64,000 nt of DNA from Lingula anatina (lineage: Eukaryota; Animalia; Brachiopoda), in NCBI GenBank assembly GCA_051362555.1, contig CM120642.1:23870001-23934000 (forward strand), written 5' to 3'. Positions within the stretch are counted from its first letter, which is position 1; every line of letters starts with the position of its first letter. Positions 51,008-63,410 of the stretch are shown here, piece by piece. Both the position numbers and the translations under genes were made by a program. The notes beneath the pieces were generated by a model, which had not been told where the DNA came from, searched no databases, and saw only the letters and a program-made list of their open reading frames with translations.

Positions 51008-54000
51008 TTGATTTTTCATGGTTCACAGAGGTTTTGAACCCAGTACCAAAACACTGAAAGTATATTAAGAAAAGTGCATAATATTTGGAAGTATTTATTG
51101 CCCATATGTGGAATTAAAACGCTAGTTTGGTTGTATTGCAGCATTTACAAGAAGCCCAGAAACTACAGCAGCAACTTAATTTAAGTATACAGCAGCTGGA
51201 CAAGGTAAGAAAGACAGAATACTAGAAAATGAAATGAGCACTTGAATACTAGAAAATTAAATCACCACTTGATGTCGTCCAGTTAGTGCTAGATCTTAAT
51301 CTAGTTAAAGAATAATTTTCCTGAGAATTTCAAAACTTTCTTTACCGTAATTGCTAAGGTATACAGTAGCCCAATCCATTGGCAAATGGTGATTTATAAG
51401 CATGTATCTGAGGCACTCTGCTAATAGAGGTTGAGGCTGCTGATTTTTTCTCTTTTTCAGCACATTCTTTGCCTTTTTTTCTTAACCTTTTTCCCCCTGG
51501 GTACTTTTTTCTATATCTAACTCTTTTTTTCCTTTCCTATTAGCTCAGGAACAGGTGTCTCAGAACAATGGTGACTCACTGTTATTTGTACTTGGGACCT
51601 GAATTGAGAGAAATTGTTTAGGGCATGATAGAATTTAGAGCTTTTAGTTGTTGTACTTGCATTAAATCAAAAATGCAAATATCATGTTCACAGGCAGACT
51701 ACAGCTGCAATAGTATGGGAAACAGTGGGAAAAGCAGAGATGAAAAGTTATTTTTTTTATTTTTCTAAGGATAGATTGATGCTGGAGGGAATCCCATTCA
51801 ATTTTGCATATGCTAATAATAAAAGGATTTGCTTAAGGCATAATATTAAAAGGCAAAGGGCATTTGATGTTTAAGCTAGGATAATTGTGGTAAATGAATT
51901 TATCATTTATGACCCCAGTTAAAATATATACATACATATTGCTAAGTGGCTCCTCATAGATTCTGTAAAATATGAATATGTTGTACATATTTACTTAGTT
52001 AATATAAATTGAATAACTTTTTCAACAGTACTTTGGATTCGTAATTTCCTTCGCAAATTTTAAACTTAAGTCTCTAGCAGATTGCTATTTTTATCTCTCA
52101 CTATCAGTATAAGCTTTGTAGATATTGCTAAAATAATCTTACAAAGACTGCCAGCTTCCAGTGGTAGAATGATATACATGAGGGACAGTATCATTCAATA
52201 CATTTAACAAGATTTCCTTGAATGTTCTTTGAAAAGTGGAGCCCCCTTGATTGGGTGATAATGATCTATGCTGTCTGGGCTTGATATGTTTAGTTTGTGG
52301 TAATAGTGTTTACTGTCTTCGTTTACACTGAGAAGACCCATAAATCAATATTTGCCAGGAATTGTAATGCTGTAATACTTTGCAGTAAAAACTTGACTTG
52401 TATTTGATAGAAAGAAAGGAACATTTTTTTTCTTTCCTTGTTCCAGTGCAAATTACTGTAATTCTGTCAGATAAAAAAAGGAATGACTTGTATTTGTTTG
52501 AGAATATGTAAGTTTCTTACTTCTTCTTCTTTATCCAGAGTATGTTGTCTTTATCATTTGGTCAAAATAATGTTGTTGTTTCAGTAAGTCACCTTTGACC
52601 TTTTGAACTAGAAATTCTTTATACTTATTCATTTGGTTCAGTTCAATTTGACACCATGAGGATTACTGCCAACACAACGGTACCATTCAGTTGAACATTA
52701 CATTGAACTCGTACAGATATCAACGAGAATGGAAAAAGACAAGCACTTGATTATAGTTTTATAGAAATCTGTGGTTTGAATAATTTTAAGTTCTGCATAA
52801 TGAATTTTTTGTCTCTAAAGTGAGCCCTGTCAGCCATGTGATGAAAGCACCTCGCATGTAAAGCATTTTTTTCAGTCTTTAGAAATTCAACATTTTGCCA
52901 ATTTAGAAGGTATTTTAAAGATGTAATATATTTAATATTTTGTGCATAATTATATCCTAGTTTTTTTTTCTTGTTTTACAGTGCAAAGGAAAGTATGAGA
53001 AGGCTTTTAAAGAAATGGAAAAGGCTGTGGACAATTACAAAAGAGCTGATGCAGATATAAACTTGTCTAGAGCAGAAGTAGAAAAAGTAATATTCAAACC
53101 TGGGTGTGGTTTTTGATAGATGTATTGTGGTTTTGATAGATTTATCATGGTAGCCTCACCTTCTTTTAACTGATACTGCAAACATTGGAGATTTATTTTT
53201 TAAAGTTTTGTATATATCTGCTTGAAAAAAAGTAATGTGATATTTGTGCTGTATACATTTAAACGTGTGTGTGTGTGTGCACGCGCGTCCAAAAAGTTCT
53301 CTGAAAATGGGAGAGAACCTTTTTCTCAATTTCCAAGAAATAATGTAATTTTCATTTTGTATGAAAAATATTAGTCTCATGAAGCATTGCTTCAGTGTTT
53401 ACTTTCTCATTAGGACTGTATCTTAACGTTTTTTTTCTGAACACTCCCTCTCCTGATTGGTCTAAGACCACAATATTTGCCATACCCTGGTAAATATCAT
53501 ATATATTGTATTCCTATTTTATGTTTTTACCTGTCTTCCAGCATAAGAACACATCCCATATAAAAACACAGCAGTGCGACGAGCTGAAGAACGACTATGC
53601 TGCTCAACTTCAGACCACAAATAAACATCAGCAAGAACACTACACAGTCCTTATGCCACAGGTTTTCTCAGTAAGGGCAACTTGGATACACCAAATTATT
53701 AAAGATCGTTTTGTTTTTATATCATTCTCAGCTGCAGGATATTAAGATGCTATGAATGAAAACGAGGATTTTCCTCTTTAAGTAACTTTCAAATGCCAAA
53801 TTATTTCAGGAAAGATGTGGCATAGTTACAGTTTTTATCTTGTTAGACAGCAAACTTATTTTAGTGATAATATCATAAAGACTCTGAGCCTCAGATTCAA
53901 TGGATTCCAGCTTCTTCATTTTCTAACTTCCACATGTTCATGACCAATAAGAACAGACAAATGTATTTTTTATCCTTTTTCAGCAATTACAAGAAATGGA

Positions 54001-57000
54001 TGAGAAACGAATCACAGAGCTCCAGAGGTTCATCAAAGAATGTGGAGACATCGAAAGAAATGTTATTCCTATAATAAACACATGTATAGATGGTATACAC
54101 AATGCCGCTAATTCTGTGAACCCATCAAAAGTTAGTATCGCAACTCACTTGTGCCAAGGACTGACTATACATATTTCATTATAAAATGCTTTCTTTTTAT
54201 CTATATAATTGATATTAAGTGAGTAACTGTTTAGCATTTAATTTTTGAGTTCTGTTTTTAATTTTAATAGAATGTTAGTAACATTTCACTACCAGGTACA
54301 CAGAGGATACGTGAATATGGATAAATAAATTGGAACTAGAGAATGAAATTTGTTGAAAGTTTGCCTGAATTTGTATGCATTTGATGCAAATAATGCTGCG
54401 CAGTATTTCAGGATTATAGAAATGTCTAATCCACATTGGCCTTACATCTTTTGTAATTTTATTTTGTAGAATTATTTTTTGTTGGATCACTAAGTTGTAA
54501 ATATAATACACCACTAATGAAAGTAACATTCTCATCTGTTTTCTTTTTGCAAGGATTCAGAATTGGTGATTGAAAAATACAAGTCGGGCTTCCAGGCACC
54601 AGGTGACATTCCATTTGAAGATTTGAATCAAGTTTTCCACGGAAGCGATAGCTCTCTAAATTCTTCAAAAAGCTCAACTGTGAATGTATCTCGGACTGAA
54701 ACTTTCAAAGGAGGGACAGTTTCTGGAAAAAACAAGAAAAGAGGAGGCCTTTTTGGAATATTTAGCTCATCAAAGGTGAGGTATTTTACAGTGTTACATA
54801 TGCTGACCATGTTATGTACAGCGCATATGTAACTAGGTAGCTTTAACTGGTGACCTACTTAAATGGTGTGACCCACATATAATTAGGTCACACTGAATGG
54901 TTAATAAAAAAGCCTGCCTCCTTGAAGTGGATCATTCATCTAAGCCCTTCCATGTTTAATCCTTGTAATTTTATCTATTGTCTTGACTGATGAACTTGCT
55001 ATAACGGTTATTCACTAACAGGGGTTTGCAATCAATTTTCTTCTTCCTGTAGTTCTAGCTAAACACCGTTAAAAACAGACTCAAATGCTGCTTTATAGTT
55101 ACAGAGTCAATCTATTATAGCATATATCTTGTAGCTTAGTCTAGTGTGTACTCTGAAGGTGTGTTCAGATTTAAACTTAGACTGGTTTTTGAATATTATC
55201 TGTTTCCAGCTATTATAACTTTTACACCAAGAGATGTACCACTGAACCTCAGCTGGTTTTATCATTTTAATTTATTATGTCTGGCAACACAGTCTAACCC
55301 AGTTTAAGTCTAAGTCTGAAAACTACCTGTGAATATAAACATTTGGTGTGGTTCAATACGTAATGTTAATGATTGTGGTAAGTAATCAACGGCATAGTTT
55401 TAGGTCAAGGTGAAGGTTGTTTGTTTTGAAGGTCTTGTTAGCATTACTAACCATTACAGGTTTGGTCAGTGAGATGACATACTGTAGACATGTTAGTAAC
55501 CAAGGGCATAGTTACAGGTCAAGGTGAAGGTCATTTTGAAGGTCATATTAATTGTACTAACTGTATAGTATACCTTGGGCTGTTAGATCATTTTTATGTA
55601 TCCATTGATTTGAAGTTGTCATCACATGGTCTGTCAAGATAGTTCAGACTAACTTCAAGTTAACAAAAATAGATTTGCAGTTAGACCCTATAGGAGATAA
55701 TAGGTACTTTTTCCGAAGATTAACATTTTCTATCTGCTAATGAAGTTTTTCAATTTGATGACTGAATAGACAGGATGAAGCATTCTTTTTTCTCGTAGTT
55801 TATGTAAGTTCTTGACTACCTCTAGCTATAGATATAGTTTTAATGTATGTATTGCCACCAAACAAACATGTTATGATACTTGATTTCCTAAAACCAAACC
55901 ATTTTTTAAAGACTGAAAGGGTTTTTGGGGGTTAAATCATATATTGCATATGCAGATATTCAATCTTTATTTTAGGCCCATAGGATATGGTTGTATTTTA
56001 ACCTGGAATATGAATTTTGTTCATAAGTATCAAAATGTGTTTCTAATTTTGCATTCTTATGTGTGTTTCAATTAATTGGTCTCTTTAAATTACAAAATTA
56101 ATTTGAATACAAGTTAATTTTATAAATAAATGAGTGATGAGAACACGGACTGATTGTTAAATGTGCATTGAATTTTGTAACTGTAATTAAAGTCAAAATA
56201 TTCCATTTCCCTTCTGTAGATTATAGGATTTTTGGTAAGATCTCGAGATGATTGGTGTTGATTGTTGACTGGCTTTGGTTGGTGGCATGCAGAATTTTTT
56301 TCTTTCATTGTCCCAAGTCAAAAAAAAAAAAAAATGCACATGAAAACTGTTTTATACTTCACATATGTATGTATGTTGTGATTATCTGTTACGCATGCAT
56401 GGTGTAAATGTTTTTGTGTTTAAAGCAATGCCTTATTTGTCATATTGAAGTCAGATTTTTTATATGAATGCCATGCTAACGACTGCTTTTTCTCTATCAG
56501 TCTTTTTTCTTGTGGTTTAAGTCATTGTAGCATTTTCATAAAGTCCTGAAGACTTATTGATTTTGACTTTTTAAGGTATTTGATGTAGTTTCAGTTGGAA
56601 TGTTTTTTCAGTTGCTTTTCAATATTGATCATGTGTTGTTATTACTGTAGTGTAATATAGATTGAAGGCATCTACATTTTGAAGTACTAGTAGAAGAAAA
56701 CAGAAGGCATTTGATGCATGTTGTAATATAGTATTGAGAGATGTGTCCACTTACAGATGTTTGTCACACCAAGTTCCCTTGTCAGTGCAGCATTTCCTTT
56801 GGTAAAAGGATAAAGCGGAGAAGAGATTAAATATGTTGTGACCGTGACATTTTGACCATTCATGAAAAGGATTAGATAAAAGATGTGTAAACTGACATTT
56901 AACTTTGAGATTCTGTAAATTTTTAACAGGTTTCAGTGCTAAAAAGTTGGTACGTGACAAGAGATTCTTGGTGTTTTAAAACTTTTATTTTGCATTTTTT

Positions 57001-59856
57001 GATGTATATTGCCTTGCTTTCTTTTCACCTTGACCTTGCGGCCTCACCTGCTTTGACCTTGACCTTTAATCTCTTTGCCTACCCGTTTCTAGTCACAATT
57101 GTCTAAGGTAATTATTGATTCTTTTTCAAGTATATTTAAGTTTGATCTATGGTTGTCTCCAAATTTTTTGATGGAATATTTGGTATTGTTTGTACGTAGA
57201 CTTGTCTTGCGACTATTGTTTGATATCAGTTTACAAAAAAAAAAAAAAACACTGCTTAATTGAAAATAACAACAAGTATGGTTCCATCAGCATTGAAACA
57301 GAGCTTCAGATAAAGTGGAATGTGTTAGAGAAGCCTTGATTGACATAACTAACGCAGCAAGATAACAAACACGCTTCATTGATAAACATTGTGTTAACCA
57401 TACTGCACGAGCTTGGATCACACTGATAACATGACATTTTTGGATATTCGAGGAACATTACGTTCTTATTAAGTCTCATCATTTCCCAGTCAGAAATCAT
57501 TCTCATATCTTTCTGATGATTAAGTTATTTTGAGGAAAAGAAAATCTGATTTGATTTATAGCCTCATTTCTTTTTCTGCCCTCCCCCCCCCCTCCCCCCA
57601 AAAAATTACAGTGATCTTTACTGATTTTGTTAATTTTAGCATTACAATTTTTGGAGACTATTAAATGAAATTTGCATAGTTGACAAAATTAATGTCAAGA
57701 GCAGTGGTCCATTCCAATTGTGGTGAGTGATTAAAAAAGAAAAAGAATAACTTAACTGAAATCATATTTTGAATTTTTATAGCATCAGCTACTTTATATA
57801 TATATTTCCATTTTTTAGACGGATGAGACAAAAGAAGATTTCAGCAACTTGCCACCCACTCAACGAAAGAAGAAACTGAATAAAAAGATAGAGGAACTCA
57901 GAATTGCAATTGCAAAAGAGACAGCAGAAAGGTAATTTTTTTTCCACAGATCTTTTATATTTTTATCACAAAGGGAAAAATTTCATTTTCCAAGAAGATC
58001 AGTAAATTGTAGTTTGTATAAGACAGAGATCCAGTCCCAAATTTCCTGTCTTTATTTTTCAGAGATGGTATGATCAAAATGCAAGAAGTATATCAACAGA
58101 ATCCAGCACTAGGGGATGCCAGTAGTTTAGACAAACAGTTAGAAGAAAATGCACAAAAATTGGACTTACTCAGACAGGAATGTCAAAAATTTGAGGTAGG
58201 GAAGGTTTCTGAGGGAGAGGTGGGGGGAAAAAAGCAAGGGGGAAATACAAGTCAGTATATTACTAATAAAAATCCAGTAAATTACCTCTCACTTTGAGAG
58301 AGGTAATTAGATTTATGCAAAGGGTTTTATTGTTCAGTGTCAGTAACGTATTGTAGACTGTCCCCCCAAAGTCATGGAAGGTGATGGCAGAAAGTGTATT
58401 TCTGTGAGTAGAATAAAAAAGATGAAGGTGACCACTGAAAAAATAGATGTTTGGGCAGTATTTAGAATATAAGATGAATTGCAGTACTAACTTGGGTCTT
58501 TCAGGGCTACTTAGCAGAAGCAGAGGGGCAGGGCACACCGCAGTCAGATCGCAAAAAACGAAACAGTATGACGGACGAAAGTGTCACTTCAAGAAGTACT
58601 TCAGATTTAGGAAGTATGGGGTCACAACAGCGTGCGTCTGCACCAGGCACGCCATTACAACAACATCAGAGGTAAGCTCTACACTAGAGGCATTCAATGC
58701 ATGTTAGACCTGTATGTAGCAAACTCAGCAAAAATGAGTATTTTTATCACCAAGGTATAATATCCTATGCAAATCTTTCAGAAAATTCAGGTTACTTTTA
58801 CATTATTTATGTTTTTGCAGAAGAGCCTCATATGTTACACTGTGTTAGATTTGCAGAACCTTTCTCTTTTCTTTGGTTTGAGTAGATTGCTTTAAACATT
58901 AAGCTAAAAAATATCACTCCAGCAAGAGCCACTTCACCAGCCTGCTACCATACAATGAGACATATTTTACTTACAGCTACAATGAAAGTCCCGACAGTGG
59001 TATCCAAGGCAACAGCCGCGGCCAGTTTGACGCCCAAGACTCGTTTGAAGAAGATGTCCCTGAAGGAGTGCCAGTTTTGGGCGTCTGCGTGGCTGTTTAC
59101 CCATTTGAAGGTAGAATATACTGCATTTATAGAGCACTACAGTTGCAAACAATTACACCATGAAAAAAGGGAGTTTTAGAACGAGATAACAGAGACAAAC
59201 TTTCTTTGAAAAATATCAAGAGAGCCAGATTTAGTTGCAATTTTGAGAACTTAAGTATCTATCCCCCCAAAATTTTTTTTTCAAAAATTTAGAAGTTTTT
59301 GCAATGTTTTGGTCACTAGCAAACAGGCAAACCAATGCTGATAAAACATAACCTCTTTGGATGGCAGAACCAGTGACTGAATCTGAAAATGCTTTGAAGA
59401 GAGTTTGGGCCTTTCAGAGGGCTGAATAGAGATTGTCCATTAGTATGCATGTACTAGCAATGACAACTTGTTAGCAAGTCTCCATTTCTTCTCAAGCTGT
59501 CGGCCTAAATCACAGATACTGGTGGATAATATGGCCACAAGAGAGGCTGGAGAAAATCAGACATCATTTTCTTCTTAAAAACAGCTCTTAAATTTACATT
59601 TTCAAAAATGGATCTTGATTCTTAGAAAATGTGCCTGAAATGCACGCCTTAGGCCTACACACTTTTACTCTCCATAACAGATCACTGTTTTCTCTTTATT
59701 TCAGCGACAAACGATGGCTCAGTGTCCATGGCTCAGGGCGAGCAGTTCTCTATCATTGAAACAGACCAAGGGGACGGTTGGACCTTAGTACGGAGGGAAG
59801 CTACGGGAGAGGAAGGTTTTGTCCCCACATCATACATTGAAGCCACATACTATTGA
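25289..59856 (+). CDS. FNBP1L: Formin-binding protein 1-like / CIP4 / Toca-1 family protein (F-BAR, HR1, SH3); 14 core exons, 568 aa
   Basis: Exons: 25289-25312, 44320-44435, 48880-48933, 50693-50840, 51142-51204, 52982-53086, 53542-53670, 53984-54130, 54554-54775, 57819-57931, 58063-58195, 58505-58671, 58977-59110, 59705-59856 (sum 1707 nt, all GT-AG, phases consistent). Hallmarks: [48 protein letters not shown] (HR1), SH3 [24 protein letters not shown]. Co-orthologous to vertebrate FNBP1/FNBP1L/TRIP10. Confidence 0.96.
26146..26463. mobile_element. MITE family B copy 1: ~100-bp TIRs, 5-bp TSD TCTCT
   Basis: TCTCT|CAGGCCTACCCAACTACCAGA...TCTGGTTGTTAGGTAGGCCTG|TCTCT. Confidence 0.88.
30191..30720. 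mobile_element. MITE family B copy 2: long TIRs, 5-bp TSD GAATT
   Basis: GAATT|CAGGCCTACCCAACTACCAGACTCGG...CCGAGTCTGGTAGTTGGGTAGGTCTG|GAATT; the internal sequence differs from copy 1. Confidence 0.9.
33722..33920. repeat. 44-bp minisatellite, ~4.5 copies
   Basis: ctgct(a/t)ggcta-type anchor at 33731, 33775, 33819, 33865 and 33909. Confidence 0.9.
36476..36525. repeat. (CT)n microsatellite preceded by G-runs
   Basis: Direct reading. Confidence 0.95.
39057..39228. mobile_element. MITE family C: 17-bp TIR, 5-bp TSD AGATG
   Basis: AGATG|CTGGGGTAGCACTAGCA...TGCTAGCGCTACCCCAG|AGATG. Confidence 0.8.
43612..43812 (-). mobile_element. MITE family A, copy 2 (reverse orientation), TTA target duplication
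   Basis: Reverse complement of 420-643; flanked by TTA at 43609-43611 and 43813-43815. Confidence 0.88.
43901..44015. repeat. Perfect 24-bp inverted repeat with 67-nt spacer, probably part of a second MITE abutting family A copy 2
   Basis: CCTGATGGTCTCCCCACCTCCACA (43901-43924) and its reverse complement (43992-44015). Confidence 0.85.
44320..44435 (+). CDS. FNBP1L: FNBP1-like exon 2 ([38 protein letters not shown])
   Basis: ttttcag acceptor and GTAAGT donor; FCH motif. Confidence 0.95.
45527..45603. repeat. Perfect 77-bp palindrome (38-bp arms, 1-nt centre)
   Basis: ACTTGATATGAGACAACTACAATATGCCTTTAAAAATT-g-AATTTTTAAAGGCATATTGTAGTTGTCTCATATCAAGT. Confidence 0.95.
48880..48933 (+). CDS. FNBP1L: FNBP1-like exon 3 ([17 protein letters not shown])
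   Basis: 54 nt, phase 2-2; ttttacag acceptor and GTAAGT donor. Confidence 0.92.
50017..50045. repeat. (GA)n microsatellite
   Basis: Direct reading. Confidence 0.95.
50693..50840 (+). CDS. FNBP1L: FNBP1-like exon 4 (..[24 protein letters not shown])
   Basis: 148 nt; AGQHE F-BAR motif; GTGAGG donor. Confidence 0.94.
50953..51005. repeat. (CA)n/(CATA)n microsatellite
   Basis: Direct reading. Confidence 0.95.
51142..51204 (+). CDS. FNBP1L: FNBP1-like exon 5 ([21 protein letters not shown])
   Basis: 63 nt, phase 0-0. Confidence 0.92.
52982..53086 (+). CDS. FNBP1L: FNBP1-like exon 6 ([25 protein letters not shown])
   Basis: 105 nt, phase 0-0. Confidence 0.93.
53542..53670 (+). CDS. FNBP1L: FNBP1-like exon 7 (..[32 protein letters not shown])
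   Basis: 129 nt; lies within ORF 53506..53745. Confidence 0.93.
53984..54130 (+). CDS. FNBP1L: FNBP1-like exon 8 ([27 protein letters not shown])
   Basis: 147 nt; overlaps ORF 53996..54184. Confidence 0.93.
54554..54775 (+). CDS. FNBP1L: FNBP1-like exon 9 ([34 protein letters not shown])
   Basis: 222 nt; overlaps ORF 54563..54832. Confidence 0.93.
55157..55328. mobile_element. Small degenerate MITE with ~30-bp imperfect TIRs
   Basis: aggtgtgttcagatttaaacttagactggtt versus the reverse complement of aacccagtttaagtctaagtctgaaaactacct. Confidence 0.6.
56220..56234 (+). CDS. FNBP1L: Candidate 15-nt alternative microexon (IIGFL) of the FNBP1-like gene
   Basis: ttccatttcccttctgtag|ATTATAGGATTTTTG|gtaaga; frame-preserving, phase 0-0. 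Confidence 0.6.
57093..57107 (+). CDS. FNBP1L: Candidate 15-nt alternative microexon (SQLSK) of the FNBP1-like gene
   Basis: Long pyrimidine tract containing TGC; ..ccgtttctag|TCACAATTGTCTAAG|gtaatt; phase 0-0. Confidence 0.6.
57819..57931 (+). CDS. FNBP1L: FNBP1-like exon 10 (HR1 start, [15 protein letters not shown])
   Basis: 113 nt, phase 0-2. Confidence 0.94.
58063..58195 (+). CDS. FNBP1L: FNBP1-like exon 11 (HR1, [22 protein letters not shown])
   Basis: 133 nt, phase 2-0. Confidence 0.94.
58505..58671 (+). CDS. FNBP1L: FNBP1-like exon 12 ([12 protein letters not shown].. linker)
   Basis: 167 nt, phase 0-2; TACTAAC at 58485-58491 upstream. Confidence 0.9.
58977..59110 (+). CDS. FNBP1L: FNBP1-like exon 13 ([19 protein letters not shown]3 start)
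   Basis: 134 nt, phase 2-1. Confidence 0.92.
59705..59856 (+). CDS. FNBP1L: FNBP1-like terminal exon 14 (SH3, ..[30 protein letters not shown])
   Basis: Canonical SH3 GW and G-x-V-P-x-x-Y motifs; TGA at 59854-59856. Confidence 0.95.
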
Positions 59857-62296
59857 AAATAGCAGAAAAAAATAGACAACAATGGAGAGGAGTTTACATT
59901 GTTTTGTTGCATTCTTTGAGGTCACAAGATTATGATTTTTTTTAAACCCAGTGATTTGAAGGTCATGATTTTTTTCTTGATATGTTGTCACCGTGTTCTG
60001 CCTATTGTTAAGTGCATCTTCTCAGTCATATCTTAAAAAGAGGAAGCTAGTAATTGGAAAATGAAAATGGCAGATTAACAGTCGTCTGACTTAATATGAA
60101 AACAACAATGAAAGTAGAGTATTATGAACTATTTTCTTTAGACTTCTGCTTTTTTTTTGTGGGGGGGGGGGGGTTAAGGTTGAAAGCTACAGACAACTTT
60201 CTAAAGTCAGTTTTAAAGAAACCGTCTACGATTCTGCCATACTATTATGTTGGGGGATAAAGATATTCAGAGCATATATATTGGACTATTGAATAATGAG
60301 CTGTAGGTATTGCTATATGTGCTGTATTGTGAACTTGGGGACACCTTTAGTTAGAGGGAGAGAGAACATGATGGACAGAATGAAAGTGAAAGTGATTTTT
60401 GCTATCTTTGTGTACATAAGCGTAATTACTCATTAAGCAGTGTAGTTCTGTGGACAATTGTATATGCACTGTACAATGCAATGTGAAAATGAATCATTTT
60501 TACAGAACAACTGTCATTAACAAACAAATTTATTATCTTACAACAAAAAATATATATATACATACTTTATTGCCCTAGGTGCAACACAATCTACTGTAGA
60601 TATGAAAGAGACAGTACACAGGAGATTTTTTTAACTGTACAGCCAGAGCAGCAATATTGCTTATGTAGAAACTGTTCATTCAAGATGCCGTTTTAAGACT
60701 AATTGGTGCCCACTGTATTTATTCCTGAATTTCTGTCATTTCCATTTTATGTATTATCTCAAGCTGCAGCTGAGTGTTGCCTCTTGGTGGCTTATTGATT
60801 TATATAAAGGTATTATAATATTTACACTTATACATGCAAACTTGAATTGCAAACAGGTGTTGAATGAAAATGGAAGCAGTTTGTTGTGATTTCGAAGACA
60901 CAAGACTTACCTATCCAAACATGTTCTGGCTCACTACTTTTGTAAATACATTTATACTATTGTCATAGTATTTATGATTATTTTTTTTGTAACTGGGGTT
61001 TCCTTTTGCGTTGTTTTATAGAATCCCTATGTGATTTGTCAAATTCAATCGATTCTGAACTAATTTGCTTTTGTACTGCTAGATTGTATGGAAAGCCATT
61101 GGACCCATTTACTAAAATGTACAAATATATGTATATCTAAATCATGAAGCCTGCTTCTAAATAAAATTCCCTCACCTAGTACTTGCCCTCAAAAAGTATA
61201 AATAGAAAAATTCTTTCTTTATATAAGTGCAAATAACATGATGTTCTTTCCCAGAATAATTGTTAATTACAAGGAAAAGAGGATATTAATATAATACTAA
61301 TATCCTGATAAAGGGAATAGCAATCATGTCAGAAAGTAGCTAAAACATGCCCATTGCAAATAAAAACTTTAATGATAGTAAATTATCAACACACAACGCT
61401 TTGTGTTGCATGCTTACCAGATTTAAGATTAACAATGATGTATTTGTTATCAATTATTGAGGGACTAGCAGATAAGATTAGTTATATGTTTATGTATGTA
61501 TCCACATATTATAAATATTATGTATATAAGGATGAAATACTGTGCATGCCATTTGACTTGGCTTGCTAGTAAAAAGTTCTTGCTTCTTTCATGCTAAATG
61601 CGTCGTTTCTTTCACAGAATATTCTGTGTAAGGAAAATTTTGTCTAAACGATTTTCCCAGTGGTTGTGTTTGATTCATGATCAAGATATATTTAGTTTTA
61701 TGAAATCGACATTGAAACAGTCTGCTAAGCATGGAAATTATGATCATTTTTTTAGAGATATTATGATTGTCACAAGTTTCACTGAGGGAAGTGATGTTTA
61801 CTATGAAATTTGTAGGTCAATCATCGAGAAAAATGTAGCTAACTTCAATTTGATATTTTGTGGGGTATTGAAAGTCTGAAAGGGCCTGGTAGTTTGATTA
61901 TTTATTTGACAAATGACAGTCTGCACAAAAGTCATGATAGTTTTGAAAGATGTTCAAGCCTTTTACACTTTATAAGGGTGAGAACACAGATACCATCAAG
62001 TTGTATAAATCTAGAATTTATAAGATTGCTGATACGTAGGATAACCGCTGTAGGCCTAAATATGTGATACAAAATTTGCCTCATTTATAAAAACATCCTG
62101 TTCGTTATTCAACTTTGACTTTGTAATTGTTGAATCTTTAACTTGTAAGTGTATTTTGTAGGGATTTATTTACACTGAAGTTTATTATGATTATTAATTG
62201 AAGCAGTTGATTAAGTTTATCTACTTTTGTTTATTTCTGTATTTATTTATTGGCTTCTTGATGTAGCTGGTCATATTGATCAGCATTGCAAAGCTT

Positions 62297-62335
62297 AATA
62301 AAAATATACATTGTAATAATGATAGTATGAATAAA
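62297..62335 (+). terminator. Probable polyadenylation signals of the FNBP1-like 3' UTR
   Basis: AATAAA at 62297 and 62330, followed by a GT/T-rich tract; an earlier AATAAA lies at 61160. Confidence 0.45.
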
Positions 62336-63410
62336 GATGAACCATTTTTAGTACGTGTTATTTTGATTTATCTAAGCACATAAATTAATCAGGACCAGTT
62401 TCAACAAGAAGAAAGGGGGATTTAAAGGGACAAAGTGTTAGGTTTTAACAGGTAAATGCCATTAACTAATGTCTCCGAATCTAAATAATCGCACTCTGAG
62501 AAACCTCAACTGCCAACCATCTTGGCGCAGTTTTAAATCGTGTGCAACTTCGAAGCCTGTGCAAGAAATGAGCTCAAAGGAATGGGCAGTATTGTAAAAA
62601 TCCATGTCTAAGCAGGTTATGGCATTTTTAATTTTCTCAGATTGCTACAGAGTTATGCAAAGGAGGTCGAAATCCTTGGTTATTGTGAGTGTCAGGATAG
62701 AGAGATCAAAGGTAGTCGAGAAATACAATCAAAATTCGTCCTTTTGGATTATTTCACGTCAATTAATTGCCGCATACTCACTGAGAAATGTTTTTACTTC
62801 AAACCAGGAAGCTACTGTTTGTTGTAGGGTCTATTCTGTCTTTTAAAATTGATCAGTGTGCAGTTTGTTTACTCCTTCGATCAGGAAGTTCTGATGTTTA
62901 TGTATATATCATTATTCTATTGTAATCAGAATTTTAATGCAGTCTGTTTGCTCTTTTGAACCAACAAGGAAGTGTGCAGCGACCTATTTCGCTGATTGAA
63001 ATTTAATACCTGATTGGACGAGGATGTTTACACGGTTAACACAAATATACAGGCCTAGATCTACATGCATATTGAAGGTGGTCAAAAGAAAGACAAACTT
63101 TCTGGAAAAAAGGTAAGATTATCTTAAAATCCCCCTGCTTTAGAAGGCATCTCATGTTTTGATAATTGATTATAGAGCATGTGGTGGGATCGTTGGCGCG
63201 TTTCTGAGCCTTGTTTAAATGAGCTATATTTTGACTGTAATAAGTCCAAGAAAGCCTGGATCTGCATGACACTCCTGTCTATGACATTGGAGAGAAAGAG
63301 GGTGTAGATCAAAAGCTCCAAACTTAGAATTATAAAAGGGCTGGTCTATAAAACGAACTAGAAATATAAAAAGGCTTTGTTTTTTGCGAAAATAAGATAA
63401 AGCATATTAA

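Noticed and set aside
58447-59179. ORFs 58447..58707 and 58955..59179 as separate proteins
   Set aside because: Alternative frames over FNBP1-like exons 12 and 13; the exon frames are fixed by splice phase and SH3/HR1 homology.
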